Origin: Octopus vulgaris
Taxonomy: Eukaryota
Direction: 5' to 3'
Assembly (NCBI GenBank): GCA_951406725.2
Contig: OX597825.1
Location: 80,414,001 to 80,478,000, forward strand
Length of the DNA stretch: 64,000 bases
Made by a program: the position numbers and the translations under genes. Shown in pieces: positions 1 through 12,389 of this stretch (within the stretch, counting starts at the first letter, position 1; each line of letters starts with the position of its first letter). The notes under the pieces were generated by a model. It was not told the DNA's origin. It made no database searches and saw only the letters and a program-made list of their open reading frames with translations.

Positions 1-297
1 GGATTAATAACTTGGTGTAGAACTCTGTATGTATATGCTTCTGAACATGTGTTTAATCGGGTACAGAGTGGTAATAGGAAAAAAAAAAAAGAAAGAGATG
101 ACAAAGGAATACAGTTATTTTATGAACTTCATTATCTTACAGCTGTTTCGTGAATAAGATGCAGTGGACTCATTGTTAACATAACAACTTACAGTTCCAT
201 CAGAGCCTCTCTCATCTGATTTCTTATGTGTGTATGTGTGTGTGTGTGTGCGTATGTGTGTGTGTGTGTGTGTGTATATATATAGTCTTTTACTTTT

Positions 298-516
298 GTC
301 AAGCAATGTTGGGGGAACAAACATACACACACACACATACATACATATATATACAACGGGCTTCTTTCAGTTTCCGTCTACCAAATCCACTCACAAGGCT
401 TTGGTCAGCCTGAGGCTATAGTAGAACACACTTGCCCAAGGTGCCATGCAGTGGGACTGAACCCAGAACCATATGGTTGGTAAGCAAACTACTTACCACA
501 CAGCCACTCCTGCGCC
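298..516 (-). mobile_element. SINE family A (tRNA-derived, CORE-like), 5' half
   Basis: Minus strand reads ggcgcaggagtggctgtgtggtaag...gggttcagtcccactgcatggcaccttgggcaagtg (A/B-box-like head plus CORE-like ccttgggcaag). More than 10 copies in the window. Confidence 0.85.
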
Positions 517-539
517 TATATATTAGGCAAATCGAAAAT

Positions 540-700
540 TAAAATTAACAAATAACAAAATAACAAAAGTCAAAAGGACAGACCCATGGAATGTGTTAGG
601 TTGATGTTTAGTGGAAGATGGGGAAAAGAGTGAGTGTATAATGTTTTGAGCATGGCCTCTTTGTCAGAAATAGGAGAGAAGAAAGTCCGGAGAGATGGGA
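540..700 (-). mobile_element. Penelope-like terminal fragment with decayed hammerhead-like motif
   Basis: Minus strand tttctgacaaagaggccatgctcaaaacatt resembles 29085-29119. Confidence 0.45.
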
Positions 701-876
701 AAGAAGTCCAAGCGCATGTGTAGTTACATGGCTGAAATGATTGGAAGTGGAGAGAGAAAGAGGAAGGAGTTTCTAAGACAGCAGAGTGGTATATGGCCTC
801 TGTGTGTGTGTGTTTGTATTTAAGTGAGTGATGTATGTGGAAAGGAATGGTGTCGAACTGTTAGGTAGCCATACAT

Positions 877-909
<33 letters not shown>

Positions 910-920
910 CATACATATAT

Positions 921-1050
921 ACATCATCGTTTAGCGTCCGTTGTCCATGCTGGTATGGGCAATGAATGTTAAATGATGATGTATGTATATGTATATCATC
1001 ATCATCATCGTTTAATGTCCGTTTTCCATGCTAGCATGGGTTGGACGGTT
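921..1050. mobile_element. RTE 3' tail fragments, first pair inverted
   Basis: catcatcgtttagcgtccgttg...caatgaatgttaaatgatgatg, followed by a second (CAT)n-cgtttaatgtcc tail. Confidence 0.7.
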
Positions 1051-1154
1051 CCTCTTTGCTGTGTCTCATAATGATTCCACAGTTCTGCTTATCCACATTT
1101 CTAGACATCATATACAACATACCAATATTACCATGTCATAAAGCAGTGAAGTGA

Positions 1155-1478
1155 AGGTGCATGGCTTAGTGGTTAGGGCATTTGGCTCATGTTCCTAAGG
1201 TTGTGAGTTCAATTCCGGCCAATGTGTTGTGTCCTTGAGCAAGACACTTTATTTCATATTGTTCCAGTCCACTCAGCTGGCAAAAATGAGTTGTAACTGT
1301 AATTAAAAAAGGGCCAGCCTTGTCACATTCTGTGTCACGCTGAATCTCCCCGAGAACTACATTAAGGGTACACATGTCTGTGGAGTACTCAGCCACTTGC
1401 ATGTTAATTTCACGAGCAGGCTGTTCCATTGGATCAACTGGAACCCTTGTCATTGCCGTAAGTGACGGAGTGCCACTT
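1155..1478 (+). mobile_element. SINE family C (tRNA-derived, CORE-like)
   Basis: tggcttagtggttag A box, gagttcaattcc B box, gtgtccttgagcaagacactt. Related to 1888-1995, 22003-22248 and 62604-62845. Confidence 0.8.
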
Positions 1479-1486
1479 TCTTTTAT

Positions 1487-1700
1487 AAGGCAGTGAACTG
1501 GCAGAACGGTTAACATGTTGGGCCAAGTGCTCAGCAGCATTTCGTCCATCTGAGTTCAAATTCTGCTGAAGTAGTCTTTGCCTTTCGTCCTTTTGGGGTC
1601 GATAAAATAAGTCCCAGTTAAACTCTGCAGTTGATGTAATCAATTTATCTCCTCCCTTGAAGTTGCTGGCCTTGTGCCAAAATTTGAAACCAATATTATC
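1487..1700 (+). mobile_element. SINE family B
   Basis: aggcagtgaactggcagaa...ctgagttcaaattc...ctttgcctttc...ggggtcgataaaataagt, repeated across the window. Confidence 0.8.
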
Positions 1701-2425
1701 ATGTCCTCTGTTGTATATCCCAGTTTTTAGTTCAGGCACAGCATGTTACCTGTGTGTTGTAAGAGGTGATAAAAAGCGTTGGAGTCGTAAAAGGCAGTCG
1801 ACTGTAAAATGCTGCCTTAAAAGATCTCATCCGACCTGTTGGTGCAGAAGAGTGAACATCAAAAGGATGAAACGATCTCCTCTGTGAAGGCAAGTGGCTC
1901 AGTGGTTAGGATGTTATGTTCACAATCTCCTGATAGTAGGTTCAATTCCCAAACCAGGTGGTGTGTTGTGTTCTTGAGCAAAGCACTTCATTTGATGCAG
2001 CTCTTGTGTTGTGTGGGGACCGGCATCTCAAAGAATAGCTGCAACATTTCTTCTGTGTGTCATAAAAAACTAAAAGAGGTTGAGGTAGGATTTGTACTCT
2101 GACATCATAAAACCCTCACCAGCAACAACTACCCAAACAGACCCATTGGTTGGAGTGGTGCAAAGGTGTCATCCACCAGGAGGAGGGAATCACCAACAAA
2201 TGGAGGATGCAGCGATGTGTTGTTACAACACATACCTCCCCACCCCTACTACTACTACTATAATCTCTTCTTTTGTGTTTCTGTGTAGATGAAAGGCCAC
2301 ATAATTTATATCAGGAGAGGAATCAGAGGTTGTGATGTTCATGCCATTTCTGAACATATAAATAACGTAAATGAACTGAACTAACTTCAGCTGAAGAATA
2401 AATTAGGTTACAGACTTAGTTTCTT

Positions 2426-2715
2426 TACATTATTTACATTTGACGGATATTTGTCCTCATCTTGTTTGTTGTTAACACGTTTCGGTTTATATACCCTCCA
2501 GCCTTCATCAGGTGTCTTGGGGAAATTTCGAACCTGGGTTCTCATTCCTAAGGAATTTTCGATGTTATTATTATTATTATTCAGGCCACTGCCTGGAATC
2601 GAACTTGGAATCTTGGAGTTAGTAGCCTGCGCTCTTAACCACACTACGCCATATGCCTGTGGTTAAGAGCGTGGACTACTAATCCCAAGATTCTGAGTTC
2701 GATTCCAGGCAGTGA

Positions 2716-2768
<53 letters not shown>

Positions 2769-2936
2769 TCGAAAAATACCTTAAGAATGAGAACCCAGGT
2801 TCAAAATTTCCCCAATACACCTGATGAAGGCTGGAGGGTATATAAACCGAAACATGTTAACAACAAACAAGATGAGGACAAATATTCATCAATTGTAAAT
2901 AATGTACATAATTCCTCATCTCTTAAATATAGAACT
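2426..2936. mobile_element. Inverted pair of a tRNA-headed element with a hammerhead-like 3' region
   Basis: Arms 2426-2643 and 2658-2906 are reverse complements. Each has a Pol III-like head, an (AAT)n tract and CTGATGA...CCGAAAC. Confidence 0.8.
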
Positions 2937-3949
2937 GCATTAGTTTCTTAATTTTTGTATTGTGAAACATGGTTTTAAAAACTAGAGAAAAAAAAATGTA
3001 AAGTTAATCAAAAAAATAATAAATTAAACTAAAACAAAACAACCGCCCCTCCCCCCTCCAGATATGAAGCATTTAAGTCTTGGAGACTTTTACTAGTTAC
3101 AAGTCAACCTCACGCAGTCCACTCTGTAAAGTGGTTGTCAAACTGAGCTGGATCGAAAGCTCTATTTAGCCTTGCTTACAACAAGACAGCCTCATTAGTG
3201 CTGGTGCCTTGCAAATAGCACTCAGTTGCTATCTGTAAAGTGGTTGGTGTTAGGAAGGGCATCTGGTAATAGAAACCATGTCAGAATTTGAGATATTGGA
3301 GAAAAATGTGGCCTGCTGATCTGCTGGATTCTGTTGAACGATCCAACCTATGCCAGCATCAAAGATGACTATAAAAAAATGATGATGAAGTTTGTATGAA
3401 AGATTTTAATTACAAAAACTGGATAAACTGCAAAAAAAAAATAAAAGATAGAAATTATTCAGTTTAAAAAACTAAAAATGTTTGAAAAGTTAGGACAAAA
3501 AAAAAATCTAGAGAACTTTAAATAGGTTTCTTATGATGGTGAGGTGTCAGCAAAGATCTCTTTCTTTTGTCTTTAGTAAATTAGTGATGTCGTCTTTAAT
3601 TGTTTCAAATATTTGTAGGAAATTAGAATCACTGTCATGGTAAACTGAAATTAAAAAAAAAAAGAAAAATATATCATGAGAATTTTGACAAAAGATTCTA
3701 AAAAAGGTTTCGTTTTATTTTGGGTGGGTCATTATACCAGTTAGGTATAACACCGGTTGCATTTCACTTCTTTTATTATTACTACCCACCGAGTTAACCA
3801 TTTAACCAATTAACTAATCGATTGTTTGATTAATCATTTAATCAATCAATCAATCAGCTAATTACCTTCGTCAAAGTTCTTTTGCGTTATTCATGACCTC
3901 ATCAACAGTACATGTCCTCTCTGCTCCAGGTTTGCCTGTCTCCTAGCTC

Positions 3950-4153
3950 ACCAGTGCTGGTGCCCTGTAAAAAGTACTCAGTCCACTCTATAAGGTGGTT
4001 GGTGTCAGGAAGGGCACCCAGCTGTAAAAACCCTGCCAAAACAGACAGTGAAGCCTGGTGCAGTCTTCTGACTTGCCATCACCCCTGTCAAACCATCCAA
4101 CCCATGCCAGCATGGAAAAACAGATGTTAAATGGTGATGATGATGATGATGAT
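3950..4153 (+). mobile_element. RTE 3' tail
   Basis: gtggttggtgtcaggaagggca...ccaacccatgccagcatggaaa...gttaaat(gat)n. Confidence 0.75.
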
Positions 4154-4364
4154 ATCTAGGGAGATTTCAGAGAGAAAGAGAGAGAGAAAGGAAGAGAGAG
4201 AAAGGAAGAGAAAGAAAGAAAGAGAGAGCATGTGTGTGTTCCTGTGTGGCTTCTGTGAGTAAGCATGTGAGATAGAATGTGTGTGTGTATGTGTTTGTGT
4301 GTAGTGTGGTTTCTGTTTACTTATCTTTTCATTTTGTGGTTAGAGTTTTTACCTTTGCAAATGG

Positions 4365-4395
<31 letters not shown>

Positions 4396-5297
4396 ATTGA
4401 GTGCATTTATAGAAATTCAAGCCCAGTCACTTTGCTTAATTTTGGGATGGTGTGGATCAAATGAGAACTTTACGACTCTCTTCATCATTCATTCTAATAA
4501 CTAAAACAATCAAATAATTAATTGGCTAAATGTTTAACAAGTTGACTAACAAGAATGATAATAAGAGAAGTGAAACAGAACCAGTGTGTGTTTCTCATTG
4601 GCAAAATGACCCTCCTTAGATACAATAAAATCAGATTGAACGCATGATTTCACATCACGAATCTTGCAAATCAAATACAAAAATGAAGTATTTTAAAATG
4701 GAATTCACTTAAAATATATCATTCACAGCAAGACGTTTTTGTTCAGAAGCAACTGTAAACTTTTCGAGATTTCCATTAGTTTATTTTAAAGAGAGTGAAA
4801 AGCGAAGGGAAGTAATTCTGTTAAGTTATCTCCCTTGAAGCTTAGTTCAACTGTCTGAACTGTAGTGTCTCGTTGCCGTGAACCTTAGCCGTAGGGGTGG
4901 TGGTGGTGGTGATGATGTTGGAGGATGGGTGGTGTTGGTGGTTGTGGGGTAGTAAAAGTTATTGCAAAAAAAAAACTTTGGGGATGGGGGGGGGGGGGCA
5001 AAGAAATTTATAGTTGCAAGAAAAGTTGTGAATTGAGAGAGAGAGAGAGAGAAGTTAATTATTTACATAAATCCCATTGTTTTTCCTAACTCCCATTATG
5101 TCTAATGGCTTCCTATATTTCCTTGAGGTGAATGAAAGACAGAGCTCCCTTTTTTTCAAACAACACACCAGCCTGTGTCAGTTGAAACCCACTAGAAAAG
5201 ACCTGATAACTATTCTCTAAGCAGTGTGTATAAAAACAAACACCAAGGGACCTGCCCTGGAAATTGCATGGCAGGATTCAAGGCTGGTGCTCTTCAT

Positions 5298-5299
<2 letters not shown>

Positions 5300-5361
<62 letters not shown>
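5300..5361. repeat. (GA)n microsatellite
   Basis: Pure GA run. Confidence 0.95.
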
Positions 5362-5365
<4 letters not shown>

Positions 5366-5929
5366 AGTATTTGAAGGATATTTATTGACCCAACCAAGGA
5401 TGGAAGGCAAAGTTGACCTCATCAAGACTTGAACCCTGAGAGCAGAGACCCAAGCAAAAACCACAAGGCATTTACACCAACTCTTTAATGACTTTGTTAA
5501 TTTAATACATTAATGAACTTGTAAATATAAAACCTTTTATCTTACCAATATCTTTTTGATCTGAAATCGCTTCCAAGTTTTTAAGATAATAGGGCCATGC
5601 TATTTTTTCAAAGTATCCGTCACAGTCAGGAGGATCATAAACACGATTGCTGGTGAGAGAAAAATAAATGGGATTTGGGTATCAACTGGAAAATAATTGT
5701 GTGTGTGATATATTTGGGTTTTATCATAGTATAGGACACAAGCTTAATACAACTGAGTATTGTAGTAATATAAATAGTAAAAGACAATAATGGCTGAAAA
5801 AAGGCAAGCAATAGAAAGAATACAACAGGAAAAGCAAACGTAAAATAAAAATAATAAAAAGAAGAAGCATTCTCCTCTGAGGAATAGAAACCATCGTTTT
5901 TCTATCAGAAAATAAACTGACAGAAATAT

Positions 5930-6085
5930 TCAAGAGTCAAGACTATTGAAAAGGTTGTAAGATGCAACGAAAATTTTAGGAAAATAAAAATAAGAAATAA
6001 GTGGAAATTTTACTGGTGAGTGTGTTACATTATAAGGGACAAAAAGAAAAATGACTCTCACCAGACACAACAGAATATTCAAACA
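5930..6085 (+). repeat. Unclassified dispersed repeat, second copy at ~12118-12270
   Basis: Shared gagtcaagactattgaaaaggttg...aagtggaaattttac.ggtgagtgtgtta...aaaagaaaatgactct. Confidence 0.75.
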
Positions 6086-7819
6086 AGTTTATTTAAACAA
6101 AAGAATTTTGTGTAAGTTTAGAAAATATGCTAAAATTGGCAACACATACAGACACGTGGACACACACACACACACACATACACAGACACACACGTCTTAG
6201 CAAAGACAAAATCTTCTCTTAGCAAAGACAAAATCTTCTCTTAGCAAGAAGGAAGACAGCACTCAACTGCAATCTGGTCCGTGAGCATGCTCTGTATTCT
6301 GTAAAAGTGTTGGGAGGAATACCATAGGATGGGATCAGAGTAAATTATGGATGCACAATCATAGATGCAGTGGAATCATGGCCAGAGTGGCAGAGAAGAA
6401 GGACTTTGTGCACAGCAAATGTTCAGCAGCAGTTTGAAGTTTGAAGAGAACTGACAAAATAAATATCATCAAATGCTCGGAAGATGCTTCATGGTTCAGG
6501 TCATACTCCATCATCATCATCATCATCATTTAATATGCATCTTTCATTTTGGTATGAGTTGACCAGTTTGACAGGATCCAGTGAACCAGAGGACCGCATC
6601 ATGTTCCAATGTCTGCTTGTCATAGTTTCTAAGGTTAGGTGCCCTTCCTCGTGCCAACCACTTTACAGAGTGTACTGGGTGCTTTTCTTGTTTGTTTTAT
6701 TTTTTTTGTGGCACCAACACTTCGTGAGGTTGAGGTCGCCATGTAGTTTGCAAGATTAAGATTCCCTTCAAATGAGTGGGATTTACAGTAAAGAACAAAG
6801 AGGATTTATGCCAGATGTTGAAAAACATAGCAGAAGGTAGCAGGGACAGTATAGTGGCCAGAATAAAAATGAGGGGAGATTGCAGGGTGTTATTATCTCA
6901 GGTGAATCCAAATAGATTCTCTCCTTGAGTGAAAGGCAAATCCATAAGGCTGTAACTTACAAACAGGCACAGAGTTTTAAAATTTTCAAGACTGCCATTC
7001 TGCCTTTAATACAAGGGAAATAACTCAGCCTAAACATAATATGTAAAGATTATGTCCCCTTCCTGTAACCATTTTTGTCTTTCTTTTTTTAAACAGCGTT
7101 GAAATTTAGTTTCAGTTTTCATCTTACAAATAGCGTTTTTAGACGTCCCTTTTGTCAGAAGTCCCTTTTGCAATATGAAACTTACAGACATAGACAGTAA
7201 TCAATTAGCCATTGATTACTGAAATGCTATACATTGGTTTGTTAGAACATCAGAAAAAATTGTGACATGTAAATTGAGTTCTTGTGGTCTGGGTTCAAAT
7301 CCTGGCCTGTGACCTTTTTGGGAGACTTCAACTATCACCCGATTTAGCACAACCTCAAAGTTCTTGCTTCAAGCATTCAGGGCAGGTTTTTTCACTGAAG
7401 TTACTTTCCACTGTTCCTAAGACCACGCTTAAGGGCATTCAAAAGGGATGGGTGCTACCTTCTCTCCTCACTATATATATATACACACACACGTAGTAGA
7501 AGACACTTGCCCAAGGTGCAACACAGTGGGACTGAACCCAGAACCATGTGGTTGAGTGAAAGCTTCTTACCACATAGAGATGTCTGCATTTATATTACAA
7601 ACACACACACACAAACACACAGAGATTTATGTTTGTTTGAAATTCTATTCTAAAGCAATAGATTTTGGGTAGAAACCTCAAAAAATGAAAGATCAATGCT
7701 TACCTTCGTCTTTCCATGCAGACATCTTTTGAGACAGTGAGGAAATATTTCCTGTCAAACATTTCACTCAGGGGTCTAGAAATAAAACAAAATAGAATAA
7801 GATACTGGTTTGTATACCA

Positions 7820-7858
<39 letters not shown>

Positions 7859-7974
7859 GCTTTCCCCCATCATACATACTACAGACTGCACCCATATATA
7901 CTACATACATACACATAGAAAATATATCATCATCATCATTTAACATCCATTGTCTATGCTAGCATGGGTTGGAT

Positions 7975-8019
<45 letters not shown>

Positions 8020-8021
<2 letters not shown>

Positions 8022-8310
8022 TATATACATACATGTATGTACATACCTACATATATATGTATATATACATGCATATATGGGTACAAGACGTCAGAAAAAT
8101 GTGAACAAAATGAGAAACGAGAATATAAAAAACAAAAGCATGGAAAACGAAATTTTTTTGGGACAACAAAAGAAACAAACAGAGAAACAAGACAGGCAAC
8201 ATAAAGAACAATCCCTTCATCAGTTGTCCCCTGTTTCACCTACTCTGCGTTTTGAATGTTGGGACAAGACATGACTTCATTAAAACAGTCCTTCCAACAA
8301 AGCAAATTAA
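8020..8310 (-). mobile_element. Dispersed repeat with type III hammerhead-like core, second copy at 53590-53870
   Basis: Minus strand GTC-TTGTCCC...GGGACAA-CTGATGA-AGGGAT...GTCCC. Confidence 0.65.
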
Positions 8311-8394
8311 ATATATATGTATAACTGGTTAATGTCCTTTATTCTTAGTTAAAAGGAGATGGTCATGCAACTAGAACATTCTACACCTTATGTG

Positions 8395-8695
8395 ATAATA
8401 TCTGTTGTTCTACAGGGATCTCTTCTTGGTCCCCTGTCATTTGTTGCATACATTAATGAAACAGATGCCTAACTTGAAACTGTCTTCCTTTACTTGAAGT
8501 ATTTGTCTGCTTTCTGTCCCCTCTTTCGACCTTTTGCAAAAGTTGAAATATACCTGAGTACTGTATACAATAAGCTCATCATTATCATTATCATCATTAT
8601 TATTATCATCATCATCATCATCATAATTATCATTATTATTATTATTATTATTATTATCATCATCATCATCATCATCATTATTATTATTATTATTG
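8395..8695 (+). mobile_element. Internally deleted CR1-clade LINE remnant with (ATT/ATC)n tail
   Basis: 8401-8460 translates SVVLQGSLLGPLSFVAYIN (RT motif of the SGVPQGSVLGP type). The 3' end cctgagtactgtatacaataa matches the tail at ~13115-13137. Confidence 0.7.
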
Positions 8696-8698
8696 TCG

Positions 8699-8912
8699 AA
8701 GGTGGTGAGCTGACAGAATCGCTAGCATGCCGGGTGAAATGCTTAGCAGTATTTCATCTGCTACTACGTTCTGAGTTCAAATTCCACCAAGGTTGATTTG
8801 CCTTTCATCCTTTTGGGGTCGATTAAACAAGTACCAGTTACACACTGGGGCTGATGTAACTGATTTAATCCCTTCCCCCAAATTTGAGGCCTTGTGCTTC
8901 TAGTAGAATGGA
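8699..8912 (+). mobile_element. SINE family B
   Basis: aaggtggtgagctgacagaatcg...ttctgagttcaaattcc...aagtaccagttacacactgggg. Confidence 0.85.
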
Positions 8913-9707
8913 TTATTATTAATTATTATTAAAAAGGCAGCGAGCTGGCAGAATCGTTAGCATGCTGGGTGAAATGTTCAGCAGTATTTTATCTGTCCTT
9001 ATACCAATTAGCACTGCCCCACCCCCAAATAAAACCATCATCATCATCATCATTTTGTTTCTCAGAGATCCTGATCTTACTTGCTGTGGTTTATTCAGTG
9101 GAAGCAGACAGCAAACTGTTGTCTTTTCCTACAAACTATAAGCTTTGGTACTTGGATGTTAACTTATTGTGGAAGACACTCAACACCCCAAAAAACAATC
9201 TCAAAATCCTAGCTGTCCCCAATAAAGCATTTTCAGGCCTGCTCTGCCCTCATGTCAATGGTTGTTAGTGCTCTGGGTGCCCTTACACTGGGATAACAGT
9301 TACTCTCCTCATTGCTCACATTCTTACAATTTCGTCTTTTAGTAATCTGTATTCCCCTCCACCAAGCCTTGTGTCTACAGCAGAAAGAACTTTTATGCCT
9401 TGTTATCTAGTTCTACTTTAGTAAGTTTACTTACCTATGGTTAAATATAAGGAATCCATCAACCAGAAGGAGGTGCACTGTTTTGTCTGTCTGTGCTAAC
9501 GAAGAAGCTTGTTGGTTGATATCAGTGACCATTTTATCAGTATCAAGGGCTGAAAGGACTAGTTTGAAAATATTGAGAAGTTATAACGGATTACACAATT
9601 ATCATGGAACAGGGTTTTAATTATAAGACATAAGCAGAATTTTAGCTATATAACATTAAATATGATTTTTAGTGATCTATCATTAAATATGATTTTTAAT
9701 CGCATAA

Positions 9708-10104
9708 TCTCTCTATATGTAAAGCTGAAGTTGTCTGTGTATGGCAGGTTTGGTAGCCTTCAACTAACACTATCTCCTCCGAGACCCTGTGGCGCAAGTT
9801 GACCAAAATTGAGAGTATGATAGAAGAAGGCTTGCTCTTCCTTCCGTAGAAGAAAAAATTCAAATCGGACCATGTTAACACCAAAAATTATTCACATCAA
9901 AAAGGTGCTTTTTTTTTTTCTATGAAAATCCCTATTTTTTAACGATTTTTTGACTGCTGTGTCGACATTTTTCGGTGTATTTCAACCAGAAAAATGTTCA
10001 CTTAAAGAGAATAACAAGCTACATAATGCAAAATTTTTACTTTTCAAAAATTCCAATTCTAAAGGGTCGAAACAAACCCGAGTAACACCAGGCGATACTG
10101 CTAG
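9708..10104 (+). mobile_element. Non-autonomous Helitron
   Basis: A|TCtctctatatgt 5' end, subterminal imperfect GC hairpin cccgagtaacaccaggcg, CTAG|T 3' end, no TSD. Confidence 0.75.
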
Positions 10105-10138
10105 TATTAAATATAGACAGAGTTTTATGTATCTATCA

Positions 10139-10369
10139 TTAAGCCATTAGCATTCAGATCCCTCTGTCAAATGTAATCCTTATTTATTCACATCGCTTTG
10201 AATTAATCAAGCATTATCTCATGAGATTTGAGATTTTGATGATGTGATTGTTTATCTTCAGAATGACATTGCAAGGTAGGTGTGAGAAGCCTGATCTTGT
10301 CCAATTTGAACACAAAAATGTGGAGAATATTTGGACTGGATGTGACCAGTTTGAATGCTAAAGGGTTAA
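10139..10369. mobile_element. TTAA-flanked MITE (piggyBac-like), decayed copy at ~30280-30498
   Basis: ttaa-gccattagcattca ... tgaatgctaaaggg-ttaa terminal inverted repeats. Confidence 0.7.
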
Positions 10370-10394
10370 ATATGACTTTAAATTTAATCCAGTA

Positions 10395-10700
10395 GAGAGG
10401 CTCCAGCTTGGGCGCTTCAGAGTATAGGATAGTATGGGGTTAACTCCATAGGCACTCCCTAATCCCACGTCAACTCTGGCCTGGGACGGCTGTACCTATC
10501 AGGGTCCCTAGTTGTAGGATAAATAACAGAAGATTCACTAATGCGTGACTTAGAGATACAGGATACAGAGGGGAGCTGGGTCCTGGACATGTGTCACACA
10601 GGACGATCGACATGTGGATATGCTCTGATGTCACATGACCCAATACCCACTGTTTAAGCGTTAAATAGGCCCAGTACTTTAAGGGTAAGCTCGGGAAAGC
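10395..10700. repeat. Unclassified ~300-bp dispersed repeat, inverted diverged copy at ~19330-19620
   Basis: aataacagaagat/atcttctgttatt, gacatgt and ggtccctag motifs occur in reciprocal order. Confidence 0.55.
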
Positions 10701-10707
10701 AGGAAAA

Positions 10708-10983
10708 TAGTGGAGTCGCTATGTGGTAAGTAACATGCTTACAAACTACATGGTTCTGGGTTCAGTCCCACTGCATGGCACCTTGGGTAAGTGCCTTCTA
10801 CTAAAGCCTCGGGCTGACCAAAGCCTTGTGAGTGGATTTGGTAGACGGAAACTCTACCAAATTGGTTGGCTTGGAAGTGTAGTAGAAAGATACTTGCCTA
10901 AGGTGTTGCACAGTAAGACTGAACCTAAGACCATTTAGTTGCGGAGTGGACTTCTTAACCACACAGCCATCCATGCCTGCATC
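10708..10983. mobile_element. Two SINE A heads in inverted orientation
   Basis: Plus-strand head 10708-10853, then minus-strand head ~10880-10983. Confidence 0.7.
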
Positions 10984-12389
10984 TATTATATTGTTTATTT
11001 AAGAAACTCATTAATGACTCAAATCTCAAGTATTTTTAATGACAGATACCAGACTGAAAGTACTAGGCATTCGGTACAAATGCACTTGACAACATAGGGC
11101 TACAAATGTTTGGGGAGGTGGGGAGAGTAGAATTAATTATCCGGCTATTTTAAGCTTTGAAAACTAATTAAGTTTTTTAAGGTTATCTTGTCTCCATGTA
11201 ATTCCTCTCTGTCTGTGTGTCATTTGGCCAAATTTTCTTTCCAAGAATCTGCCCTTTGGTTCTAATGCTTTTGCAAATCTTTTCCCCTTAATATCTTGGG
11301 TTTTCATCTCCATTAAAAGCAAAGAGTCATAACTGAGTCAATGACTCAGGAGTCAGTTAAGGCTCAACACTTCACCTACTAACACTGATATTTCACTGAG
11401 TCCATGGTAAATACAGAGCTCCCCACCACCACTAACACCATGACCACCACTCGATGGTCCAATCCACTGAGATGAAAATGAGTACTACAAGGATATAGTG
11501 TTTCATTGCAGTAAACAGCAGGAGCACTATGTCAGTGATGAGGGTTTTGTTAACTGGCAGTTTTGAATTTTGAGTTCAAATCTGCTCAGGGTTTCATGGA
11601 AAAAAAACAACAGAAAATCATTCCACAGTGGGGGTCATAAAAGGAAAGGCAATGAGAGCAGTTTGGGGGTCTGGTAATAATATTTAGAATTTATTTAGGG
11701 TCAAATGTGTGTGTGGGTGTGTGTGTTTATAAGTAGTATGTGTATGTGCTTACAAGTGGTGTGTGCGTCTATGTGTAGGTTCGTTTGTAATGAATATTCC
11801 TTATCTAATGATAGATTACGATATGTTTAATTAGCACTAATTAGTCATTGTTAGAAAATGCAATCTTGCTGTAAAACACACTCTCTGACAATTCCTGATA
11901 ATTATCCAAGTATTTTTTATTATCTTTTATTTCAATTATGTTGGACATTCCAGGGAGGAGAGAAGACAAAAACGGATGCAAAATAAAACTTTGTTTTGAA
12001 TTTAAAACAAAGTTTAAAAGGAAAAAATTAAAACTCACCATCCCAGTTGTAACAGTCCAGTTCTGGAATTAGCTCCAGGTTTTTAGAACCGACTTTCTGG
12101 AAATAAACATTATGGGGAGAGTCAAGACTATTGAAAAGGTTGCAAGACGCAACGAAGATTTTAGGAAAATAAAAATAAGAAAAGAGTGGAAATTTTACCG
12201 GTGAGTGTGTTATATTATAAGGCACAAAAAGAAAATGACTCTTCCCAGACGCAACAGAATATGCTTCAACACACAAACTCATATAAAGAATCTTGCAAAC
12301 CAAATGCAAAAACGAAATTAAGGGGAAATTTCTTCAAAAATGTGTCTGTGTAGGCATATATACAAAAAAAAAAGTAAACTTATATTTTG

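Noticed and set aside
2585-2720. Functional tRNA gene
   Set aside because: A/B boxes are present but there is no complete cloverleaf; it is a SINE-like head.
10645-10700. cgttaaatag, similar to the pistol ribozyme junction
   Set aside because: P1 and the pseudoknot cannot be formed.
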